A stretch of 64,000 bases of DNA, the filler included, from Stramenopiles sp. TOSAG23-3 (lineage: Eukaryota), in assembly GCA_900128585.1 (NCBI GenBank). It is 10 parts of 10 records of this genome, joined end to end, with 100 filler letters (N's around TTAATTAATTAA, not from the genome) between each part and the next. Parts side by side here need not be neighbours in the genome. Positions count along the whole stretch, not along the records: positions 22,107 to 33,028 come from LT642772.1; positions 33,129 to 44,026 come from LT642773.1; 8 more parts are not named here. One strand, given 5' to 3'. The notes under the pieces are model-generated. The model had not been told where the DNA came from. It ran no database searches and saw only the letters and a list, made by a program, of their open reading frames with translations. Shown piece by piece: positions 22,184 to 34,609 of this stretch (its first letter is position 1; every line of letters begins with the position of its first letter). The translations under genes and the position numbers were made by a program.

Positions 22184-23638
22184 TCAGCCCCTCCTTTCAC
22201 CAAACTTCTGGTCCTCGGCTTTGGCACCAACTAGAAAGACGAAGGCGCCAATACATTCAATTATTCCTGCAGTGCAAAATACCCAAAACCAATTTCCATC
22301 CGTGGCCGCAAGAAGCCAGCCTGTAAAGCCTTGCCCAATTATTCCAGGCAGAGATGCAATACTATTACTGATGCCAATTAGTATGGGCGCGTACTTGTCA
22401 GACAAGTCTCGAAAATTGCTCCAAATTCCACCGACCATCAAACCTCCGACGGAGACGGTGACAGCCAGGACAATCGCTGCTGGGTATAAATTGTTTTTCT
22501 CGTCTTCAGGTGTGACGGTGGACTGGGCAATAATCCCTGACGCAACAAACCCGATAGAAGCCCCAAACATCGCAATGCTGTTTACAATTCTCCGAGAGTT
22601 CAAGGTGCTGAACCCCTTCTTTTCCAGCCAATCACCAAAGAAGCCAGCCCCAGGATTCGTTAGTAAAAGCAAGACATATGGAAGTATTGAGACCATCCCC
22701 AAACTTCCGTAATTAGCTTTGTACTTTGTCTTGAAGTAATCCGTAATCCAGGACAAAACAACGTAATAGCCATAATTGTAGCAGATATGCCCAAACACTG
22801 TGCATTGGAACGCTCGGTTGCTCAAAATCTCTTTCCATGGAACTATTTCAGGGTCCAACTCTGTCCTGCTTGTGCCGTTCAACGGTTGTGGGTGCACAGC
22901 CGATTCTTCCCCCGGTAAACTCGAATACTTCTCATTTCCGGCAATTTCATCGTCCGAACGGATGTAATCTAGCTCTGCCTGGCTTATCCACCGATGATCC
23001 TCTGGCGTTGAGGATGCAAGAACAAAGAACAAAGCCAACCAAGCAAAACCAACAGCGCCGCTTATAATGAAAACGGACCTCCACGTTGAGGTCGCCTCGA
23101 TCAGGAAGGGGCCACCCAACAGAGCTAGAATGGTCCCCGCAGGCTCACCCCCTACGCCAAAGGTCCAAGTCCGGGCTCTCTCGCGTCTCGGAATCCACGC
23201 GGTGTTCAACGCCATCTGGCAAGGGTAATTTACACCTTCTGCCAATCCTACAATGAGTCGCAGAGTGAACAGGATTCCAGATGTTACTGGGTCGGCATGG
23301 GCAGCAGCTTCCGAGCCATCTTTGGGTCCAAAGTAAACCGTAAGTATCGTGACAACAGACCAAACAAAAACTGCTAACGATAGCACCGGTTTCGCACCAT
23401 AACGTTTTGCCGCCCACCCCCCTGGCATTTGTGAGAGAGTATACCCAACATAGAAACCCGTAAGGAGAAACCCCTGCACACGGTAATCTTTGTACATGTA
23501 TACTATAGCTACAGTAATACTCGTCCTGCATAGGTACAAACACGTGTTGCAAAGAAAGCAAAGGTAGACAATAACGCCCCTCCAACTTTTCCACAAGTAT
23601 GGAGGGGGGGGGGATTCTTCTGCTACGGGAGAGTCCAT
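22184..23638 (-). CDS. MFS anion/phosphate transporter (SLC17/PHT4-like)
   Basis: FYVGYTLSQMPGG, RLIVGLAEGVNYP, WIPRRER, HRWISQAELDYI and GISNSIASLPG. Confidence 0.9.
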   Translation of the reverse strand: MDSPVAEESPPPPYLWKSWRGVIVYLCFLCNTCLYLCRTSITVAIVYMYKDYRVQGFLLTGFYVGYTLSQMPGGWAAKRYGAKPVLSLAVFVWSVVTILTVYFGPKDGSEAAAHADPVTSGILFTLRLIVGLAEGVNYPCQMALNTAWIPRRERARTWTFGVGGEPAGTILALLGGPFLIEATSTWRSVFIISGAVGFAWLALFFVLASSTPEDHRWISQAELDYIRSDDEIAGNEKYSSLPGEESAVHPQPLNGTSRTELDPEIVPWKEILSNRAFQCTVFGHICYNYGYYVVLSWITDYFKTKYKANYGSLGMVSILPYVLLLLTNPGAGFFGDWLEKKGFSTLNSRRIVNSIAMFGASIGFVASGIIAQSTVTPEDEKNNLYPAAIVLAVTVSVGGLMVGGIWSNFRDLSDKYAPILIGISNSIASLPGIIGQGFTGWLLAATDGNWFWVFCTAGIIECIGAFVFLVGAKAEDQKFGERRG

Positions 23639-24244
23639 CGTTAATATAACGTTTCGTCCTCCCTTACAAATCCTTTTTACTGCCTTTCTCTCTCTGTTTC
23701 TCTCTCTTTACTCGTTACAGACTCTTTACGTCAACTACTCCCATTTTTTTAAAGAGTTGCATAAAAATGATCGCATATATTTGTCAATGAATTTTTCTCG
23801 CCTTTTTTGCTTTGTCTCCTCGTCGCCGCCGCGTTTGTTTGTTATTTATATTTTTTTTTACTACAAAAAAAAAATTATTACAACATATTGTACTTGTAAT
23901 ATTTACTACCTATATATGTTGGTATAGTAAAAATAAAATATTAACCCTACCTGTGCTGACGCTCGCTATAAAGCTAGTTTAATAATAATACCGGTAGTAC
24001 GAATGCATTTTCCTCGACTGAAGAAGTTCTTTCTTATAGTTGTTGTGAGAGTTCTTCTTCTTATTATAATAATAAAAAATAATATTTTTAGACGGCGCTC
24101 GCTGCTCGCTCACTCAGTCACAGTCAAAATATTAATAATGATAGAAAAGTTAAATTCATCGCCCCCCTAGGAAGGCATGATCATCGAAATCATAGGAGGT
24201 TTGCATAATCATCGTCTCAATTGGCCGCTTACTTTGTCTTTGAT

Positions 24245-25294
24245 ATGCCTAAACGAAAAAGAAAACCCTTAGTTGCGTTTGTGTTTTGCTGCAATGATGA
24301 GACTGAGCAAGAGTGTATAGACCGGTCTCTCTTTGGTGGCCGCGACGGTTTGTGGAACAATTGTGTTGGAGAAATTGTTCCCGGAACACCTTTACTGCTG
24401 TACAACGTTGACTCGAAAATTTGTCGAGGACCATATCATGCTGCCAGCGAGGCTGACGAGTGGGAACCAGATGCGTGGAATGGCGAGTTCAACGTCCAGG
24501 TGAAGGTGCAAAACGCAAGCACAGCGCAATGCAGGTCCTTTGTTGTCAACCCACGTCAACTGAGGCTAAACGGGAAGTTGACAGCAGTTAAATACGAGAA
24601 AATTCTCAACGATCACCTCTCTCCACCACCAAAGAAAAGGCTAGCTGCTTTTGTGTTTTGCTGCAACGACGAGACTGAGCAAGAGTGTTTTGACCGAGCA
24701 CTCTTTGGAGGTTACGAAACTGGGTTAGTACGGCAAGGGGTTGGCTTCGTGGAACCTGGATGCCCCTTACTCTTGTACAATACAGACTCCAAAAAATTGC
24801 GGGGACCTTACTTTGCTGCATCGACCGCGGGAAATCACGTACCAAATGCATGGGGCGGCCGCTTCTCTGCACAAATCAAAATCGATGCGTCACAGGGTTG
24901 GAAGGATGTGCGCGAGGTCACTGTGGATACATCCGAATTTAGAATAAACAACGGAAAGCTAAATAAAAAACGATATCTTAAAATATCCAGACATTGCCTT
25001 CAGTTCAACCCAATTGACAAGCTATCGACGATTCGCAAACTGGCGGGCAAGATGGGCTTAGTTGAAGTGTCCTGCAACCTTAGAAGCTGTGTCGCCGCCT
25101 TCAAAAACGGAGATGACGCACCAGTACCATGCAAATTTGAGATTTATTTTACAACTGGGACCGTGAAAACATGTATCAATCACCCCAGGCTGGGAAAGAC
25201 GCAGCTGTTTCGCAGAAATGTGGGTTTGGATGAGCTTAAAGCCATATTCGAAAACCCGCGTCGCCATACCAAAAAAGGGTATCGTAGAAGGTAA
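24245..25294 (+). CDS. Protein with two tandem DCD domains and a C-terminal NPRxHT domain
   Basis: Two copies of FVFCCNDETEQECxDRxLFG...PGxPLLLYN...GPYxAAS...PxAWxGxFxxQ; C-terminal YFTTGTV...HPRLGKTQLFRR...FENPRRHTKKGY. Confidence 0.8.
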   Translation: MPKRKRKPLVAFVFCCNDETEQECIDRSLFGGRDGLWNNCVGEIVPGTPLLLYNVDSKICRGPYHAASEADEWEPDAWNGEFNVQVKVQNASTAQCRSFVVNPRQLRLNGKLTAVKYEKILNDHLSPPPKKRLAAFVFCCNDETEQECFDRALFGGYETGLVRQGVGFVEPGCPLLLYNTDSKKLRGPYFAASTAGNHVPNAWGGRFSAQIKIDASQGWKDVREVTVDTSEFRINNGKLNKKRYLKISRHCLQFNPIDKLSTIRKLAGKMGLVEVSCNLRSCVAAFKNGDDAPVPCKFEIYFTTGTVKTCINHPRLGKTQLFRRNVGLDELKAIFENPRRHTKKGYRRR

Positions 25295-25465
25295 TTAAAT
25301 ACGGCTAATTAGACTAAGGCAGCAAGCGAAAAGTTCTTAGAATGGATAACAAATTCTTAAACCCTTTTTTCGAAGTTCGTTCCACCACCGTTCGTTCAAT
25401 TTCAGTTGTACCTACCGTACTAAATAATAAGCAAGAAGAAGATGGTTTATAGAAAGAAGAAGATA

Positions 25466-25503
25466 TTAATTACCTATAAATAACAGCCAATTTTCTTGTT
25501 TTT
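25466..25503 (-). repeat. Dispersed 3'-end element copy
   Basis: + strand TTAATTACCTATAAATAACAGCCAATTTTCTTGTTTTT; ACTGCGAACTTAT box (reverse) at ~25634-25646. Confidence 0.85.
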
Positions 25504-26704
25504 AGTAGAAGATATTATAATTAAATTAGATTATTATTAAAAAGACCATCATCAATCTCTTCGTCGTTCAACACTATTTATTATCTATTATAGATATTAA
25601 TATATTAATAATAAAAAATGTTATTTAAGATAATAAGTTCGCAGTTTACAAAGGCCCGAGACGTGAAAAAACACGAAATAAGAACCTGCTACAGTGGTCC
25701 CGAGACTTTTTTCGGCCTAGAGGCATCTCGATTTTCCTCGAAATAATACAGGCACATAGCACGGGCTAATATAGGGGCTACGAGGGACCTTAAATATATA
25801 ACACTATGATGAAATCGTACTTATTCCATACTCTATCAATTCCTACAGCTAGCTCCGGAAGGGACAATGCTAAGCGCCTGTAAAAAGAACCAATACGCAA
25901 ACTAGTCTATACAACAACCTCCTCTCTTTCCTTTCTCGACAAGAAAAAACGATGTGCACTTCCACCTGAAACACCAACCCACAGCATCTGATGCTCTGCC
26001 TTCGGTATATAACTAGCAAGTATTAATTAATATAGAGAGAGGAGGAGAATAGAAAATAACTATATCTAGTATCATATGTTGTGTTTATATTTCCTGTATT
26101 AGTAAAGTTTCGTGCTATTTTTTTACTAACGCTTACTATTATAAAAACTTAAAACCTATTAATCCCAACAGCTATTGTGCCAGCAGCCCACAGCAGTAAT
26201 GCTCTGGCTATTATGAAGAGGCAAAAAAAAGATGAAAGTAGTAGCACGCTAGCACGTAGTGGTTAACGACCTGAACATTACATCACAATAGCAGCTTGAA
26301 GAAGAGAGAGAAGGAGAAAAAAAAATTATAAAAATAATAAATAAATACAATAATAATAAAAAAACGAAATAATTAATAATATAGTACCAAGGTAGTACAT
26401 ACAAGACGATAAATTAAGAATTGAAATAGAAGCCAGATGGACTTCTTCGCAGTCTTAACATGCAAGCAGTCAAAAATGAAAATTGTGTACCAATTTAGTA
26501 AAGAGATAGGATGAAATATGGAGGAATGGATGAAGCAAATTATTTGTTTTGATCTCTTAGTGTTGAAACGACGGTAAGAGAACAAAGAGCATAGAAGAAG
26601 GACTGTGCGTCCTTCTGGAACGGCGGACTTGAGGGCGCACGACTCCGACCGCTCTGCTTGCTCGCTGGACTTTCGCCTTTCCGACCAGCGGTTTTGTTAG
26701 TGGA

Positions 26705-29700
26705 ATGAAGGGTGAGAAACGTGCAAATCTAGGAGGAAGAAAGGCGCACGATGCCTGCGCAAGTGCGCTGGCGAAGAGGCCGCAGTCGTTAGGACGAGTG
26801 CGCGGCGGGGACGGCTCGGTGTTTGGGCGGCAAGGCAGGGCTGCTGCGAGAACGAGCTTTTGCACGAAGCGGGCCTCGTTGCAGTGGCTTTTCGCTTTGA
26901 TGTTTGCGCTGGCGGCTGGGATGCCTTCTGCATTCGCGGAGGAATGGAACTGCTCGGCTACAGAGGGAACGTATGTGCGTTCAACGGACTGTACGATGAC
27001 CGACGAAGTTAAAGTTTCTGGAGACCTGACGGTGACGGGAAAAGAGAACATATACACGACTCTTTTTGCTGCCGCTGGGAAGAGGCATTTTAAGATCACC
27101 ACTGGGATACCTGCACTAAGATTGAAATGGTTGAACCTGACCGGTGGGGACGTCAGTGGTAATAGTTGTTGCATTGACAATAATGGTGGCTCCATTTACG
27201 TTTCTCACGTAGCCGCCCATTTGAACATATCCCATTGTGTCTTTTTCAATAATCGTGCTGGTTACGGTGGTGGTGCTGTTTATGCTTATGGTGGACAACC
27301 TCATCTTTTTTTCTCTTCCGTTTTGTTTGAGACCAATATTGCGAGTAGTATTGGAGGTGCGGTGTATTTATGGAATGGAAGATTCCAAGGAAAGGCGAAC
27401 ACGTTTAATAACAACACAGCAGTGTGGAATGGTGGTGCTATGTTCATGAACTCTCCTTCTGTCGTTTCCTCCACTGACTCCACTTTTCTAAAGAATACAG
27501 CAGGGAGAAGAGGTGGTGGTATTTATATCCAAGGTAATTTATTGGAAGGAAAGCCTTCTCAATTAAATCTAACGAGGGGTTTGGTAGAAGAGAACAAACA
27601 AAAACAAACAAAAGGGGGGACAGATGGTACTTATGGTGGGGGTGGAATTTATTTTAAACATGGAGTAACTGCGAATATTAGAGAGAGCACCTTCATAGGA
27701 AACGAAGCAACGACAGGATCAACAGGAGATAAGCATGGGCACCAGATTATGACGCATAAAGGTAGTTCCGAGATTCCCTCCATCGCAATTGTCAACACGA
27801 ACTTTACCGACCTCGCGGGATCTCATCCCTTCTACGGGCACGATGACAGCAGTTCCACCCACGGTGCAGCCAAATACGTAAGCCCGACGAACTGCACCTC
27901 CAACCCCTGCACAGCCCCACCTTTCACTGGCAGCTGCTTCCCCCGCGCCTCAGAACAGCAGGGTGTTTTCTGCGACTACGACAACTCCATTGCCTGCGCT
28001 GTGGGATCGTACAAGCAAAGTGTGAGTACCGCCAATGCCTTGCCCCCGGCAGAAACCGCCTGCGCGGCATCGAAGCCGAAGTGGGACTGCACCCGAAGCG
28101 CCGGAGAATTCCAGCGAAGCACGGACTGTACGATGGGAGACGAAGTTGATGTGTCGGGGGACTTGGTGGTGACGGGGAACGAGAACACGTATACGACACT
28201 TTTTGCTGCCACAGGAAAGCGCCATTTTAAGATCACCAGTGGCGCGCATACGCTGAGATTGAAATGGTTAAACATGACCGGTGGGGACATTACTGGTAAC
28301 AGCGGAGACAACGCAAAGGGTGGTTCCATTCATGTTTACAACAAAACTGCCCATTTGAACATATATCATTGTGTCTTTTTCAATAATCGAGCTACGTGGG
28401 GTGGTGCTGTTTTTGCTGATGGCGGATATCCTACTCTTACTTTTACAAATGTCCTGTTTGACTCCAATGATGCAATTTATGGCGGGGGCGCGTTACGAAT
28501 ACATGGCAAGACCGGCTCCACCGTCCGTTTCGTTGGCAGCGTCCTTCGAAATAATTCATGCGGAGTAGTGGGGGGTGGAATGGACGTCTCTGAGAGCAAT
28601 ATTATCATCATTCGGACGATGTTCGAACAGAATGTCGTTCGATCAACAGCAAGTGCGCCGTATTTTAGTGGTGCTAGCGGTGGTGGCGGTGGTGCCATAG
28701 CAATCCAAGGCAACGGAACTGGCATTGAGAATTGCTCGTGGATTTCATCCGTTGCAGCTAACGCGGGGAACAGAGAAGCGTTCTTTTACCCCGTAGAAAA
28801 TGCATTAAGCAGTAGCGGTCACCCTGCCATGTGGAGACATGGTACACCTGATAGTAACCTTTTGTTTCAATGCCAAGTTCTCCCAGCTAGCGTACGGACG
28901 GTCACTGTATCGTTGCCCTCAGCAGCGAAATGTTCAAATGTGCCCAATTTGCACACTGCACCGAGTTGCACAAATATTATTTTGAAGGGTGCAGACGAAT
29001 CCACGGTGTGGACTTCCGGCGGGAGTTGCGCAAACGCGGGCGATACTACGACGTTTGATGTTGACAGCATCGCGCAAGCTCACTTCATTGGAGTGTCGTT
29101 TTCGGCGACTGAAAGTACATGCGGCGACTATGTTGCGGGTATTTCATACTTGACGTTGACAAAGGAACAAACAGTCCCAACACTGCTAATTGAAAACTCC
29201 ATCTTTCTGCAAAATAGAGCTCGCAATTTCATTGGCCATCAGATCATGGCTTACGCCGGCATCATCAGCAAACATTTTTGTCATGTCACATTTGACAATA
29301 TTACTGAATCAAGCCCTAATATGTTGCCATTGGAGGTAGGGTTGAGCTCAGACAGCAACTGGGAGTACAATAAACCTTTGAAGAAAGTTACTACTACTGG
29401 TGCATATTCTACGACACTGTTTGGGCTGAACCAATATTTCAAAACCAACATAACATTCTCTCAATGCTGTGATCCAAGTGCTGCCTTCGTTGGAGTGCAG
29501 ACGGCACCAGCCACAACTGACAATAAACACGGTGGCACAAGCATAAATGGAAATGGGGTTCCTTACCAGTACCCTTGGCCTCAAGACAACGGAGTGCATG
29601 CTATTGAAATTGATATTCGTGACACAAAGATAGTATTTGATGGCAACTCTGAAGCATTGGGCTGGGGAAGCGAAAATAGTGCTGAACTTGCTCCGTACGG

Positions 29701-32700
29701 CGCGCCTTTGTTCTTCGGCGTATGGGACAGCGCCAGTGCAAATGGCAGGACAGCGGAGTTGCAATTTTTATCGGTCAAAATTATATACGATTACGACAAC
29801 AATATCTGGGGGGGCATGGTTGATACCGCAAACCATTTGCTTCCAGCAGAAACTGCCTGCTCATCGAAGTGGGACTGCAATCGAAATTCTGGCATCTTTA
29901 ATCGCACAGAAGACTGTCAGCTTGGCGACGAAGTGGCAGTAAGTGGCGATTTGAGCATTGAGGGGAAAGAGAACACATACACGACTCTTTTTGCTGCCGC
30001 TGGGAAGAGGCATTTTAAGATCACCAGTGGGCCGCACACGCTGCGGTTGAAATGGTTGAATATGACAGGTGGGAATGTCAGTGGTAATAGTGGTGGATTA
30101 ACTGACTATGAAAATAGTGGTGGTTCCATTTATGTATATGGCGTAGCTGCCAATTTGAATATATCCCATTGTATCTTTTTCAACAATCATGCCGAAGGTA
30201 GCGGGGGTGCTGTCTATGCTCATGATGGACAACCTAATATATTCTACTCGTTTGTTTTATTTAAAGCTAATTCGGCTGTCAAAGATGGAGGAGGGATTAT
30301 TTTATTAAAAGCATCCTACATTGGAATATCCAATGTATTCAACGGCAATACAGCAAGGTATGGCGGTGGGATAGCCATTCATTACAGTAAGGTGTCTTGT
30401 ACAAAATCTTCTTTTATATACAATAGAGCAATGAAAATGGGTGGCGGAATTTACATTAGAGGTGATTCCTCTAATGGTGCGTCGAAAGTAAATTTAACCC
30501 AATTAGAAATACGAGAAAACAAACAAACAAGTGAGGGGACAACCAATTGGTATGGGGGTGGTGGACTTTACTTATACTGGAAAGTGGCTGTTGATATTAG
30601 AGAGTGTAACTTTGTACGAAACGAAGCGAAGGCAAACACAGATGGGGAGAAACATGGGCATCAAATTATGACGCTTTATGGTAGTTCCTTGATACCCTTT
30701 ATCGCAATTGTCAACACGAACTTTTCTGGCCTTGCGAGAGACCATCCCTTTTACGGGCGGCATTATACCAGCTCATCCTATCCGAGCAGCAGTGGCGCCG
30801 ACAAATACGTAAGCCCGACGAACTGCGCCTCCAACCCCTGCACCGCCTCACCCTTTACTGGGGCGTGCACAGCCCACCCAATGGGCCCAAAGCGTGGCGT
30901 TCTCTGCGACTACGACAACGCCACCACTTGCCCGATTGGCTTTGACAAACGGTTGCCGCCTTCCGACCCCCCGACATGTCTTGAGTGCCTTATCCCCACC
31001 GTAGGAACTGTAGAGAGAAGTGCTGACTGCCAGCTGGGCAGCGAAGTGGCAGTGAGTGGCGATTTGAGCATTACGGGGAAAGAGAACACGTATACGACTC
31101 TTTTTGCTGCTACTGAGAGTCGGCATTTTAAGATTACCAGTGGCGCGCACACGCTGAGGCTGAAATGGCTCAATATGACGGGTGGGAATGTTGGGAGCAG
31201 TGATAATGGTGGTTCCATTTATGTCTACAACGTCGCTGCTCATTTGAACATATCCCATTGTGTCTTTTTCAATAATCGTGCCAGAGATGGTGGTGCTGTT
31301 TATGCTTCAGATGGACATTCTACTCTGCTATTCTCTTCTGTATTATTTGAATCCAATACTGCAATGTTAAATGGAGGTGCGGTGTATTTATACAGAGGAA
31401 CCTTTCATGGTGAATGGAATACATTTAAAAACAATACAGCAGGGCAGTTTGGTGGTGCGATGCGAATTTCTGTCGGTACTACAGCAGCAAGTACTGGTTC
31501 TATTTTTAGAAAGAATACAGCAGGATTATGTGGAGGTGGTATTTGGATCATTGGTGCTTCCCCCCTCTCTTCTCGATTGAATCTAACAAGGGTTCATTTG
31601 ATTGAAAACAATCAAACAAATGGGGGGGGAGATGTTTATTATGGTGGGGGTGGACTTTGTTTATGGCAGGGTATAAAAGTGAATATTAGAGAGTGTACAT
31701 TCGTACACAACGAAGCAACGATGGGAGCAAGTGGGGGGAAACATGGGCATCATATTACGACGACTAAATCTAGTTCCGACATTCCCTCCATCGCAATCGT
31801 CAACACGAACTTTACGGGCCTTGCGGGGGACCATCCCTTCTACGGCTACAATGGGAGCAGCGGCGGCGCCGAAAACTACGTAAGCCCAACGACCTGCACC
31901 TCCAACCCCTGCACCGCCTCACCCTTTACTGGAGAATGTTCCGATATGAACACCGGCGTCCTATGCAGTATTGCTAGCGATTACAGCCCGCAGTGCTCAT
32001 ATGGGCAAGTGAAAGCAACCGTCTCTAGAGCCCTGTTGCCCCCACGGCTTTGCGTGTGTCCAGAAAACACATACTTGAACGACTCGGTCTGCACGCCTTG
32101 TAAAAATGGTACCTTTACACGTTTTCCCTCCAGCATATTTGGAAACGAAAACCACGATCACATTTCAGACTGCCTCCCGCCGCCAATGATCCATAACATG
32201 ACACCGGAAAGCCCTGTGCCCAACAGCAGCACCGCCGTATCCTTTGCGGGAAATTTTGACGGGACTGTCATCGACTTGACCATGGGACTCGGCCAGTGGA
32301 CCAGCATCACAAGAATATCCCCCACAACAATCACGGCCGTACCGCCTCAAGGGATTACTGGGGAATTCTACTCACTCTACCTGACCGTAGACGGCATCCG
32401 AGCCACGGAGGCCTTTAATTTCTCCTACAGGGCTCCAAACATAACAGAAGTAAACTCCCCACCCTTCGCCGGAGGAACGGTCAAGATTCTTGGTGAGCAT
32501 TTCGGGTCCGCCCTAGACGAGATAAAGATATCCGTCTCTGGAGAGGGTGCCTGCCCCGTCCCCTGCGGAGAAACGCAATGGACCGAAGGCGGGGTTGCCT
32601 GCCTCTACGATGCTCCGGGTTCACAGGGCGTAACTATGAATGTCCGCCTCACGGTCGGCCCAGAGGGGCACGAGCAGCCGAGCAACTTGGCCACCTACCA

Positions 32701-33028
32701 ATACAAATTCGACAAGGGCACACTCACAGGCATACCGGAGGGACGGCAGCGCATCACCGAAGGCGCCAACCTGACCTACCGGTTGAGCTTGACCAGCAAC
32801 ATTGTTCCGAAGGATGACAATGTAACAGTGCAGCTCACAGCCTCTGGCTGCACCATAGCTCCGACGGATCTCACATTCTTAGTAAACCAAGAAGAGACGT
32901 ACTCGGTCATTATCAGTACCACCGACAACAAAGTGGACGAAGGAACGGTCATCGCCTACTCTTGCACCATCACCCACACAATCGAGACGACGGACCGGCA
33001 GTACAAAGACAATTTGCCGAGAGCCTTA
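26705..33028 (+). CDS. Giant secreted/surface protein with Pmp-like GGA/FxxN beta-helix repeats in four modules and IPT/TIG-like domains; 3' truncated by contig end
   Basis: >2100-aa ORF; signal-like LFALMFALAAGMPSAFA; many FxxNxA..GGAV/I repeats; four SGDL..GKENxYTTLFAA..RHFKIT..LRLKWLN modules; FSYRAPNITEV..GGTVKILGEHFG. Confidence 0.85.
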
Positions 33029-33129
33029 NNNNNNNNNNNNNNNNNNNNNNNNNNNNNNNNNNNNNNNNNNNNTTAATTAATTAANNNNNNNNNNNNNNNN
33101 NNNNNNNNNNNNNNNNNNNNNNNNNNNNC

Positions 33130-34191
33130 GAAAGATTTCCAAGTGGACCTGTTGGCGAAAGAATTGATTGGGACGCCGTGGAAAGGGTCGTGGGGAAGAA
33201 AGCGGCGTACCAGATGAAGCAAGGCGAGGGGTTCACGGGAGGGTTGAGTCTTAATGCCAAATCGATCACCGCTGAAGGCTTGAGAACAATCGCTCCGGCC
33301 TTAAGAGCAATGTCAAACTTGATGGGGCTTTATTTGTCTAGAAACAATATTGGAGAGGAAGGCTGCCGAACAATCGCTCCGGCCTTAAGAACAATGACAA
33401 ACTTGGAGAACCTTTATTTGGGTGACAACAATATTGGAGATGAAGGCTGCCGAACAATCGCTCCGGCCTTAAGAACAATGCCAAACTTGAGGTGGCTTAA
33501 GTTGGATAACAACAATATTGGAGAGGAAGGCTGCCGAACAATCGCTCCGGCCTTAAGAACAATGACAAACTTGAAAAGGCTTTATTTGCATGACAACAAT
33601 ATAGGAGAGGAAGGCTGCCGAACAATCGCTCCGGCCTTAAGAGCAATGCCAAACTTGACGCACCTTTCTTTGTCTAGAAACAATATTGGAGAGGAAGGCT
33701 GCCGAACAATCGCTCCGGCCTTAAGAGCAATGCCAAACTTGACGCACCTTTCTTTGTATAACAACAATATTGGAGATGAAGGCTGCCGAACAATCGCTCC
33801 GGCCTTAAGAACAATGCCAAATTTGGAGGGGCTTTATTTGGGTAGAAGCAATATTGGAGAGGAAGGCTGCCGAACAATCGCTCCGGCCTTAAGAACAATG
33901 CCAAACTTGAAGGAGCTTAATTTGTCTCACAACAATATAGGAGATGATTCCATTGCTGTCCTGTGTAGTAGGGTTCTACCAGAGACATCGTTGGGATTTC
34001 TTAATTTGTCTTATAATAAGATTGGTAATGTTGGTTGTCAATCTCTTCTTGAGTTATTTAATAATGGTTCGTTGCGATCATTGAATAGACTTAGGTTGTC
34101 TTTTAACCCCAATATCTCATCTGAATTAAAAGAAGTGTTCGAAAGAGATTGGAAGGCAAAAGGAATGAATCCGGATTACTTAAAAATTTAA
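33130..34191 (+). CDS. RI-type leucine-rich-repeat protein (28-aa repeats), 5' truncated
   Basis: Frame open from the contig start; eight 84-bp repeats MxNLxxLxLxxNNIGxEGCRTIAPALRx beginning at 33310. Confidence 0.92.
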   Translation, partial: ERFPSGPVGERIDWDAVERVVGKKAAYQMKQGEGFTGGLSLNAKSITAEGLRTIAPALRAMSNLMGLYLSRNNIGEEGCRTIAPALRTMTNLENLYLGDNNIGDEGCRTIAPALRTMPNLRWLKLDNNNIGEEGCRTIAPALRTMTNLKRLYLHDNNIGEEGCRTIAPALRAMPNLTHLSLSRNNIGEEGCRTIAPALRAMPNLTHLSLYNNNIGDEGCRTIAPALRTMPNLEGLYLGRSNIGEEGCRTIAPALRTMPNLKELNLSHNNIGDDSIAVLCSRVLPETSLGFLNLSYNKIGNVGCQSLLELFNNGSLRSLNRLRLSFNPNISSELKEVFERDWKAKGMNPDYLKI

Positions 34192-34609
34192 TTAACTTTT
34201 TTCATATTTTTAATTTAAATTCCTTTCTTCTTCTTCATTCTTATTCTTTCTTCTTTTTTTAATTTATTAAAATACTATATCAAATAAGTATTCTAAATAG
34301 TATATTAAGTATAATATTCGTTCTATAATATTACATTTTATTAAAAATAACAAAAAGAAACCATCNNNNNNNNNNNNNNNNNNNNNNNNNNNNNNNNNNN
34401 NNNNNNNNNNNNNNNNNNNNNNNNNNNNNNNNNNNNNNNNNNNNNNNNNNNNNNNNNNNNNNNNNNNNNNNNNNNNNNNNNNNNNNNNNNNNNNNNNNNN
34501 NNNNNNNNNNNNNNNNNNNNNNNNNNNNNNNNNNNNNNNNNNNNCCAGTGTCTCTTTACACCAACCACTTTGTCTCTCTCCGTGCATGTGTAATATTAAG
34601 TAAGAACGG

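Noticed and set aside
25650-25790. Repeated CCCGAGAC in a spacer as a possible transposon end
   Set aside because: Only two short matches; no terminal inverted repeat or transposase visible
33280-33900. CRISPR-like array (constant 33-bp repeat with variable spacers)
   Set aside because: In-frame 84-bp LRR coding repeats whose 'spacers' are homologous; eukaryotic context with no cas genes
26705-34191. Apparent cluster of the Pmp-like adhesin and the LRR receptor
   Set aside because: Separated by a linker at 33073, so they lie on different contigs
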